A stretch of DNA of 64,000 bases from Lytechinus pictus (taxonomy: Eukaryota). The stretch is taken from positions 44,084,001 through 44,148,000 of the forward strand of contig NC_087245.1 in the NCBI RefSeq assembly GCF_037042905.1, in the 5' to 3' direction. Numbering within the stretch: position 1 is the stretch's first letter; every line of letters starts with the position of its first letter. The notes under the pieces were generated by a model, which ran no database searches, was not told the origin of the DNA, and was given only the letters and a program-made list of their open reading frames with translations. The position numbers were made by a program, and so were the translations under genes. Shown here piece by piece: positions 54,401 through 64,000 of the stretch.

Positions 54401-54513
54401 CGACGTTGCCAGTGCATGAGTCGTGACCCAGCCCAGTCATCCTCCAGGCAGTGTAATGCACGACGTTGCCAGTGCATGAGTCGTGAACCAGCCCAGTCAT
54501 CCTCCAGGCAGTG
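54401..54513. repeat. 60-bp tandem duplication
   Basis: CGACGTTGCCAGTGCATGAGTCGTGA.CCAGCCCAGTCATCCTCCAGGCAGTG occurs twice. Confidence 0.9.
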
Positions 54514-54704
54514 CTGTGCAGGAGCAGGTGCCAGGATCTGCAGGGAGGGTAAGGACCAATATAGAGCTCAAGATCATCCTCATTTTGAACATGTCATTCT
54601 ACTTAACTATGTTGGCTACACTCGCCAATATAGGCCTACATACAAGATTTTATACATGAAAAAAGTAGGGGCTGTGCACATGCAGCCCCCCTTACTACCC
54701 GGCT

Positions 54705-57537
54705 CCTTGAACCTTGAAGTACTCTCCCAAAACGCGTACACGCTGTCCTGGAGAGGGTTGTGCTGTATCAGGTGCTGCCAGTGCTTCAGGCGATGTGGTG
54801 ATCCTGTGGTGGTATTATTGGTGCACTATATACAGTGTGCTAGGTGCAGTGTGCAGGTGGTGCGTGTGTGCCCCTCTTACAGCATCTTAAGAGGAGAGGG
54901 AGGCAACATATGCTGAATGATAGGCAATGTTGCTCCCCGGAAGCCAGCTATAGAGGTCGAAGTTACAGCAGCATTGGGAGAGTATTCCAAATACGTATGG
55001 TTCTTGGGAACATAACTGTACATGTAGCAGTTCACTCTACAAAAAGGCTGGGTGTACTTGACCTGATGTCCAGTGTGTTGTGAACGTTGTGGACGAGAAT
55101 TGCTGCTTAGCTTAATCTGATGTGACATGTTGATGTAAACAAAATTGTGATGAATTTTGTAGAACATCTCACATTGGCTAAGAAAGCGTCTGTGTTGAAG
55201 AGTATTCCAGTGAAGAGTTGACAACATCGATGTTACACTGGATTCTCTGCTATAGTCGTGAAGCACAAATCTAACACCCTGACGCTGAATGTTCTCAATA
55301 ATGTGAGGATTCCATGCACATGAAGCATACTCAAGTTGAGGTCTGACAAGTTGCTTGTACGCAATGTCTCTCACTTTTAGGTCACATTAACCCAATGACG
55401 TATGATTCCAGGAGTACGAGCAGCTTTGGAGGATATCTTCTGTGCATGGGGGTTCCAACTCAGGTTGTCTGTAATGGTCACACCGAGGTATTTACAGGAG
55501 GTTGCCGTTGGAACAGGTTGGTCACTGATGGTAAAGTTGCAAGCCAAGGGTTGTCGTTTCAATGAGATACACATGTGGGCACACTTCTTGACATTGAAGG
55601 ACATATCCCACAGTTTTGCCCAATCCGATTTTGAAAGATCTCGCTGGAGAATTGCGTGGTCATCTCTTTTCTCGACCTTGCGATACAGCACACAGTCATC
55701 AACAAAGAGTCTGATTGGTAATGAGATGCATTCACAGATGTCATTGATGTACAACAGGAATAACACAAGCCCGAGTACTGAGCCTTGCGGCACGCCTGAG
55801 AGAACACTGGCTCGTGTTGAGGATGTTCCATCGACATGAACTGACTGATATCTGCCTGATAGAAAAGCTTTGATCTATCCATGCATTTGACCAGTAATGC
55901 CATAATACTCCAATTTGTAGAGCAGCTTCCTGTGTGATAGCTTATCGAAGGCCTTACTAAAGTCGAGAAAGAAGGCGTCTGTCTGACATTGCTGGTCGAT
56001 GTTGTATGCCCAGTCATTGATGGCCTCAACAAGTTGCTTTTCGCATGGCAATCCCTTCCTTAATCCATGTTGGTTTGGGTTGATGATGTTATTCTTTTCC
56101 AAGTACTTTGACGTGTGGCTCAATAAAATGTGCTCTAGGATCTTGCAGCAGATGCATGTGAGTGACACCGGTCTATAATTGGCTGGGTTACTCTTGTCGC
56201 CAGACTTTTAAATGCTGGCCACTTGAGCTCTTAGCCAATCACTTGGAAGAATTCCCTCATCATAGGATTGTTGGAAGAGATGAGTAAGGACTGGGCTAAT
56301 CTCATCAGCATAGTCTCTTAACATTCTAGCAGGTATTTCATCTAGACCACTGGCTTTGTTGGTGTTAAGTTCTTTCAGTTGTTTATTCACTCCTCGTAAG
56401 CTGATGAAGAGATCTTCAATTGGTGTGTACGGTGAGGAACCCTTGTCTGGTAGTACCGATGAAGTATTATCATGTGTAAAAACTGAAGAGAACTGAGCAT
56501 TTAGAGCATTAGCTTTCTCCTCACTGGATACATAGGAAACATTTCCTACTTTCATAGTTGGGATTCCTACCGACTCTCTCCGCTGGGCTTTGACGTACCT
56601 CCAGAATTTCTTTGCGTCAGTCATAAGACTTCCTCCAACAACATTTTGAAGGTATTCACTGTGAACCGATTCTTTTGGTCTTTGAACAGAATTTCTCTTT
56701 GTTTTGTATGTTTCCCAATCTGAATGTGACCTTGAACGTCTTGCCTTCTTGTATAGCCTGTCCCTCTTATCCATCTCCCGTATGATCTTCGGGGTGATGT
56801 ACGAGTGGCTTGTCTTGGGCCTCGAGTTCTTGTGGGAAATGTGAGACATGATTGACAAAAGAGAAGTCTTGAAGAACATCCAATTATCTTCTACAGAGAT
56901 GTCTTCAGGAGATCTTTCAAAGTAGTCATATGACATCTGAGAGCAGCGCTCCTTAATGTCTTGTTTGTCAGCTTTGTTATAGTGGTAAATTCTCCGCACT
57001 GGTTTTCTTTGGAGTTTGGGTCGCATATTGATGTCAAATAGGGTGATGTCATGGTCACTGATTCCAGGTTTTGTTTGGGTATTATTCACAGCATCAGGTG
57101 TAGTTGTGAGTATAAGATCTAAGATATTTCCAGAGGCCGGTCTTGTTGGCTCCCTACCCATCTGGGTTAAACTACATCCATTCACAAAGTTGAGGAAGTG
57201 AGAATGACTTGCATGAGTTCTAGGATTCGATATTACAACTTTACACCAGTCAATATCCGGTAGATTAAAATATCCCGCTAGGACTAAAGCAGGCAATTTC
57301 CTGTGCTATCGAAAGATAGTACTAATGCTACCTTGTAATTCGTCAATCACCTCATCCTTAGAACCAGGTGGTCTGTAGAAGCTACCAAGATAGAGCAGCC
57401 CTCCTTTGACAAAGTCTATGGAAGCCCAGCATACTTCTGCAGAGCAATCAAACTCAGGACGCCTGCTTGAAGCCAAGTCCCTCTTCACTGCAACAAACAC
57501 ACCACCTCCAAATGCATTCCGATCCTTTCTGTACACT
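54705..57537 (-). mobile_element. 5'-truncated CR1-like LINE (APE endonuclease + RT), frameshifted
   Basis: YRKDRN..GGGV, GSFYRPP, FNLPDIDW, NILDLIL, ISDHD, KKFWRYVK, LDFSKAFD, PQGSVLG, LFVDDC, KYLGVTI and LVRPQLEYAS across five broken ORFs. Short TCAAGG repeat tail at ~54705-54720. Confidence 0.92.
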
Positions 57538-60500
57538 TCATCGTCGGCGGCCCCCGTTTATGTCCCAACAAAATTAGACTCTTCTCCCTTTAAAAGATGG
57601 CCTCTCCTAATCGACGCAACTTTAAGCAATGCATAGAGACTGAAGCGTTTGGTCAATATGGCCAGGAGTCAGACCATATATTACAAAAGTTTTAAGTTAT
57701 TACCAATATCATCATCATTATTTGTTTAATATCCATTCATTATTATAGTAAACACATTAGGCCTAGATAATATTAAATTGAGCCAGAATGGTTGACTTTT
57801 TTATTTTATTAATTTTTTTTTTTTTTTTTTTGGGGGGGGGTCATCGAAATCGGTTATGAAATAGGCAAGTTATTGACGTTCAAACAGTCTTGTTGTACTT
57901 TCTATGGGGATCCTCAAATTGGCAAACATGCTTTAAAATGGCTGATTTTGTGGACAACCCTCCATTTGTTTTGTATACAAATTTTTAGATTTTCCCCATT
58001 ATTTTACATTATTTCACATCATCTCCTCCTGGCCTTGACATATGTTATGCTCGGAATGAGGCAATATGCAATTTAAAAGACAATAGGAAAAATCTAAAAA
58101 ATTGTGTACAAAATAAATGGAGAGTTGTCCACAAAATCAGCCATGCAGGATAGATAGCTAAAGGGAAAGAAAAATAAGCAATTCAGAGTAAATTACATAA
58201 TAAATTAAGTAAAGTGAGTAAAGTAATTGAATGTAATTAAAAATAATTGACATAAATTTAATCCAATTACAATTACTTTCCCTTTAATTTTTTTCAATTA
58301 CAAAATACAATTACAATAGTGTAACAAATGGAGTACTATAATATCACCGGTGGCGGACAGCCACTATAGGCCTACGACGCCGGGCGATTCATGTGAATTT
58401 AAACGAAATACATGTCTGGGATCATGGATCATATTTATTTTCACATAAATACGGTTTAGAAATTATATTTTATTTCTTAGTGACAATTCAAGGCTTGAAA
58501 ATTCGTTTCCTTTTTATAAATTACGAATTAATAAAGTGGTTTATTCAACTTCGTGAAAACATTGAGGAGTTTTGTATAGCTATGTGTATTTTGTTTACAG
58601 GCATAAAATTGAAATTGCCCACAAGCCTTTACCAGTTTTAGGATTATAATCTGCATAAATCACTAATTCGTGGAAATATTGTTGGCATTAGTCTAAACAA
58701 GAAGCTTGGTCTGAATCAGTAATAAAGCATATCCTGCTTTATGTTCCAAAACACTAATTTTACATGGATAATAATTTCTACCTATCAATTATATCATGAC
58801 AATGTTATCATGTGTTACTTACCTTCTCACGAGTAATTGACGCAAATACAAGCGCGTGTTTTTCTTGCAGTATATTATATATTATTGTGAATTAAAAAGC
58901 CCTGACAAAAAATGTAGAAAGAAAAAGCAGGGGAAAAAGGTACACGAGAGAGATTACATCTTCGATGTTATTCTGTATAACGTATGCCAGTGGCGTAAGT
59001 ATAATCCGAGCAGGGGGGGGGGGGGTTACAGGAATATATTGACCTAAACCTCAAATTTTGGGGGCATCTCCCTAATCAAAGGATTATGTACACGACGGGG
59101 TACATAAAACTTGTTCATAATATCCATTTTGGGATGACATAACAGGCCTATCAAAATTTTCTTTTTTGATGGCTGGTGTGATGTTTTTTTTTTTGGTGAT
59201 ATAAACAACTTGATTAGACTGGACAATTACAGTGCGTATATATATGCGAGTGAGCGAAGCAAGTGAGCAAATTTTCAAAAGTTAGAAGACGAAATGGTAT
59301 CCAAAAACATCTTTCAAGTACGGGAGAAAGTGAAAGCCTGCGACGAGTGAGCGTAGTGAACGAGCCTTGAAAAAAGTCGCTTCAGTCATTTGAAATAAGA
59401 GAAAAATGAGATGTATCAATAACGAAAAGAAACTTTAGAAGAATGGTAATAAGAAAAAAATAAATTGTCACATCAAAACGAGGAATGAATCGAGATTTAT
59501 TCAATGAAAACTATTTTACACACTGGGTTGAGGTGAGATGAGATTAAAGAAATACTATAAGCCATCACAGACAAAAATAAACCGTTGCAATATCACATAA
59601 ACTCGCAAATGCAAAGGAAACAAAATTTCACTGAAAGGAAAGACTGTGAATAATTATTTTTAGAGATGATGGAACATTCAAAATTTTGAAAAAACTTTCA
59701 TTTAAATTTGATTACGTTATGTTATATGATTCAATTTTGAATCTCCTGCAAGTAATGGATATAATTGTGGTTTTTTTTTTTCATTTCATTTCAATTGTAA
59801 AGATAGGTTAAAATATTGTAGTCTTGTAGATTATAAATTTTGTGATGACAAACGGTTCTCGCAATGATTATTGAAAATGTTCTAGACAAAACAGGTCTTG
59901 ATGAGATCTGATAATTGCCGTCGTTTTTAAATGGCAAACAGCTGGTTAAATCAAGAGGTCATTTCCACAGATTTCACACGGAGGTTACTTCTTAATTTGT
60001 AATGTCCCTTCTAGGAGATCTCACTGCCTTTTATATGAATTTCCATCTACTAGAAGCATTCAGCTATATTATTTCAAAATTAGAACAAGTTTGCTATTTC
60101 TTGTAAAGAACATCTCAATGCAATCAACACATTAGCAAAAATACCCGTTTTTTATTGTATTTTTCAGTGGCTTGGGCCATTTGTCGTCTTGAAGTCGCTC
60201 TTATCTCAATTATACGAAGAGCTTTAATAAACGGCCCCCTGATGAAGGAGGTCACAAGTTGAGTTTACATGTATGTCATGTTTTCTATAAATGAAGAGAG
60301 CATGCAGATTTACACATTAATGATAATGTCAATTTATTTAATATTAAAGGAAATGATAAGCAGGATCAGTGCCCTCTAAATTAACAAACCTTCACCTTGT
60401 CAGTTTCTCTCTAACTTCGATTTATGTTGAGGTAAGTGGCTCTACGTTCGAAATACAAATTGATTTAATTTATGACTTTATATAAAGGAAATAAAATTGA

Positions 60501-60644
60501 CAAAAGTAATTGGTAATTGTAATTGAAAACAAAACCCGGGTAATTATAACTAAAGAAAGTAATTGAGCTCAACCCTGTTGCCAAGCCTAATTCCTGAAAT
60601 CGCAGGCAGACATAAGTACATTTGACGTCACAATCACAATTTTA

Positions 60645-61060
60645 AGGAAACCAAAACCCAAGAAGAGAAGCAATCTTATTGGAAAGAGTAAAATGAGAGG
60701 AACAATTTAAAAAGAGTTTCATCAAAATCGGTTATGAAATAAGCAAGTTATGGACGTTTAAAAAGTCTTGTACTTTCCATGGGGATCCTCAAATTGGCAA
60801 AAATGCTTCAAAATGACTGATTTTGTGGACAACTTTCCATTTGTTTTGTACACAAATTTTCAGATTTTCCTCATTATCTTTCAAATTGCATCTTGCCTCC
60901 TTCTGAGCACAACATATGTCATGGGAAAATATAATTCATACCACATATGTCAAGGTCAGGAGGAGATAATGTGAAATACGTAAAAAAAATAAAGGGGAAA
61001 TCTAAAAATTTGTGTATAAAAAATGGAGTTATCCACTAAATCAGCCATTTTGAAGCATGT
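60645..61060. mobile_element. Kolobok-like MITE family D (partial; homolog at ~57840-58145)
   Basis: TTAAGGAAACCAAAACCC start and the shared motif TTTCATCAAAATCGGTTATGAAATAAGCAAGTTATG. Internal inverted repeats. Confidence 0.6.
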
Positions 61061-62103
61061 TTGCCAATTCCGACTACATGTACTCTTAAATCACAGCGAC
61101 GGATTCTGATGTTTGATTGGTTAAAAGTAGAACCCCATAGACGGATCCAAGGGGGGCCGAGCCCCACCCCCCCCCCACCCCCATTGGCGGAGCAAAAAAA
61201 AAGAAAACGGGGAAAGAAAGAAAAAAAGAAAAAGAAGGGAAAAGAGAGGAGAAAAAAGAAGTGGAAACATAAAAGGAAGGAGACGAGTGATTAAAATAAG
61301 ATGAGGGGAAGACTTGGAAAATAATTTTCAAAATCTTTCATGTCACTATAAAATTTTCGCTCGCGCTTCGCGCTCGCACTGCCTTTTAGGTGATTTACAT
61401 ATCTTGCTCAATATGGAGCTTAAAATATCCAATTTTGAAGTCAATATACAAAACATATTTCAGCTCGAAATCGAACTTTCATTATTTAGTTTGATTTACA
61501 AATTGATTTTTAAACAGTGCTCTGTAACAATTTCTGTTTTATGGTCTGAATATTAACATTTACTGCTTGCATAAAATGACTGGAAATATTTTTGACTGGC
61601 GGAAGAATTAGGGCTATTTTATTGTTTTAGTTGATAAATTTGATCCAATCATAGTTATCTTCATATTGCGATTTATCTTTAAAATGAGCTGGCTACGATA
61701 CCCTTCCCTGGTCAGATATGGAATGTCACATATATATCCTATCTAATGGTAGTAAACATTCGACCCTCTTATTTCACGTTTATTTTCTATGAATTTTTCA
61801 TAAGTGCCATTGATTTTAACACACAAGTCTATGGGGAATGTCTTACGCGCGTGACACCTAGTGAGATGACTGTACGGATGAGTGGTTCAAAACGATTACG
61901 TAATGGTATACAACAATCAATCGCGGTCTACTCTTTATTATGGAGTCCTTGCTTTCTCCGACACTCGTTTTCTTTATTTCGATGGCTTATTGAAATGGCA
62001 GTGTTTTACCTGTAGCACGGGAGAGAATGTTTGCTCTAGGAGAAAGTGAATACTAAGAAATGTGTTATTCGGGGTCACGGATCGGTCTTAAACAAATAAA
62101 GAC

Positions 62104-63594
62104 ATGGACAATTACCAGTCAACAGTGTATCAAGACAGGGAATTGCTTGCAAAGGCAAGCGTCTTACAGTGTAATGTGCACCATGAAAGTGTAAAGCACG
62201 CGAATATACTTTGTGTTTCTTACCACCACCAACCAGTTGCCGGATCTGAAGGAACCACGCTAAAGGCCATTATGAAATTAAAAACCCGGATTAACCTACT
62301 GCTATGTGGAATTCTGTTGGCTCTGGTGTACTACACCTTAAACAATGCCAGATTTCTGGAAGAGTATACGAAAACTAGGAACGCTGTGTGGATGTATAAA
62401 GGCGAGATACGCGTAAAAACTCATCGCAGTGATTCTGTAGATAATGACAGTGTATTTTCTTCTGTCTGGGAGAATGATACGGAAAGTGACAGTGAATGGA
62501 ACGACGCATACGAGACAGAAAGTGCAGAGAATGGTACTGATCGGGCACCTGAAGGAAGACGGGTAGAAGAAAATCCGAGGGGCGGAAATTCTAGTGGCGT
62601 TATTCACAGGACGGTTTCGGTTTCATCCCGTAGCGAACTCGTTGTAATTATCATCCTCGCCCAGTGGAGATTCGGCTCAAGTGTCATCGGTGAGCTCTTC
62701 AACCAGAACCCTGGTATTTTCTTTATGTTTGAACCGCTATGGGTGGTGGAGAAGATGGTGACACTATGGCGTTTACCTGGGCCATTTGCTCCGGAAACCT
62801 ATTTCTACCAGACGAAGGTCATGAGAGACTTCGCCAAGTGTGATTTTAGCGATGAATTCATCGGTGTTGTTAACCTGACGAACCACTGGGGAGGAAAGAT
62901 GCTCAACCGTGCAATTTGCAAGAGAACAGGTAACGGGTGTAAAATCCCTAATGCAGAGTGGTTGAGTAACGTCTGTAAGAGTTTCGAAGGTCATCTTGCT
63001 GCTAAGCTGATCCGTGGTGACTTCGACACCATTAAACCCCTCATCGTAGACGACCACGTCAACGTGAAAGTGATCCATCTAGTTCGTGATCCTCGCGGCT
63101 CTGCAGCATCTCGAATAAATTACCTGTATAACATCGCAAAGAACGAAAAGGCCCATCCCAAATACTCTAAAGTCGGTCGCCTAGAGCCGCTCCAACTTTT
63201 TAACTTTGATATAATGCACAGCGACTCCATCATAGGCATGTGTAGATGGTTGCGGGAGACGACAAACACTTCTGCAAAGACATCTGACTGGCTCATTGAC
63301 CGCTACTATCTGTTGAAGTACGAGGATTTTGCAAATGATCCGATTAGAGTAACCGAAGACCTGTACAATTTCGCAGGACTTAAACTCCCGCACAGCGTGA
63401 AAAAATGGGTCTCCCAAAACACGCAGGCGAAAAGTAGTGCTCAAGGAACATTCGCCATGAAGAAAAATTCAAATCTTACAGCGACACATTGGATGCATGA
63501 TCTAGGTTATATTGAGATCCAGCAGATCGAAGCTGAATGCTCAGATGTAATGAAAATATTAGGTTATGAGCTTTATGATAATTTACAGCATTGA
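62104..63594 (+). CDS. Golgi carbohydrate 6-O-sulfotransferase, CHST1/CHST3 family; ORF in one exon; true start probably ATG 62272
   Basis: Type II anchor MKLKTRINLLLCGILLALVYY and an acidic stem, 5'-PSB WRFGSSVIGELFNQNPGIFFMFEPLW, 3'-PB KVIHLVRDPRGSAASR, YEDFANDP, C-terminal C..VMKILGY. Confidence 0.92.
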   Translation: MDNYQSTVYQDRELLAKASVLQCNVHHESVKHANILCVSYHHQPVAGSEGTTLKAIMKLKTRINLLLCGILLALVYYTLNNARFLEEYTKTRNAVWMYKGEIRVKTHRSDSVDNDSVFSSVWENDTESDSEWNDAYETESAENGTDRAPEGRRVEENPRGGNSSGVIHRTVSVSSRSELVVIIILAQWRFGSSVIGELFNQNPGIFFMFEPLWVVEKMVTLWRLPGPFAPETYFYQTKVMRDFAKCDFSDEFIGVVNLTNHWGGKMLNRAICKRTGNGCKIPNAEWLSNVCKSFEGHLAAKLIRGDFDTIKPLIVDDHVNVKVIHLVRDPRGSAASRINYLYNIAKNEKAHPKYSKVGRLEPLQLFNFDIMHSDSIIGMCRWLRETTNTSAKTSDWLIDRYYLLKYEDFANDPIRVTEDLYNFAGLKLPHSVKKWVSQNTQAKSSAQGTFAMKKNSNLTATHWMHDLGYIEIQQIEAECSDVMKILGYELYDNLQH

Positions 63595-64000
63595 TGGTAG
63601 GCTTGTGTAAAATAGTTATTTATTCAATATTTATACGAAATAATCTACTATTTCATCAACTTTTCTGTATAATTGGCTACGAGCATTATGTTGTCGATCT
63701 GCTACTGCTGCGGTTTCAAAGATTATGTTCCAAAAACTTCTATATCCCTAGATCCTACCAATAAAAGCAAAATATTATTAAGATGTAGGCCTATTGATCA
63801 GTTCTCTTGTTTGCAAACTAATGCTCATTTAGTGTTCGAGACTCGAGTGACTGGCCAGCATCTGGGGCCTGCAAGTTGAACTACGTAACCCCTTCTTAAG
63901 TCAAACGACACTTTATTTCCAACCAATCAGAAGGCGCAATTAGGACTTCGATTCTTTGAATTGCTTTTAAGTACAAATTTCTTCATATGGCCCATGTATA

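Noticed and set aside
54383..54916. 177-aa ORF with an internal repeat
   Set aside because: Produced by a 60-bp duplication, a MITE fragment and antisense LINE 3' UTR; no protein-like features.
42585..63594. Functional sulfation-plus-transport module (CHST + OATP)
   Set aside because: CHST-type enzymes sulfate glycans in the Golgi, not the small organic anions OATPs carry. Adjacency alone is not evidence.

Overview
AT-rich, intron-containing animal genomic DNA, not prokaryotic. The repeat landscape suggests a marine invertebrate deuterostome such as a sea urchin (inference). Three host genes can be reconstructed by hand with GT-AG junctions and consistent phases. (1) NUDT19-like peroxisomal acyl-CoA diphosphatase on +, with 4 coding exons (9243-9935, 16888-16979, 22046-22161, 27825-28057), 377 aa, ending in PTS1 -SKL. 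(2) SLCO4-like organic anion transporter (OATP) on -, with 10 coding exons from 51380 to 42585 (659 aa); no N-terminal exon was found in the window. (3) A CHST1/3-family Golgi carbohydrate sulfotransferase on + with its ORF in one exon (62104/62272-63594), possibly nested in the SLCO first intron. The rest is a dense, nested set of transposon relics: CR1-like and Tx1/L1-like LINEs, tRNA-derived SINEs, Kolobok-, piggyBac-, hAT-, Sola-, Tc1-, foldback- and Helentron(HINE)-like non-autonomous elements, a probable solo LTR, a 41-bp minisatellite and a large palindrome. I found no convincing wholly new biological system. The best leads are a tandem partial-exon duplication in SLCO, the candidate nested gene, a TSD-flanked Tx1/L1 inserted in a MITE, and DINE-1-like HINE elements.
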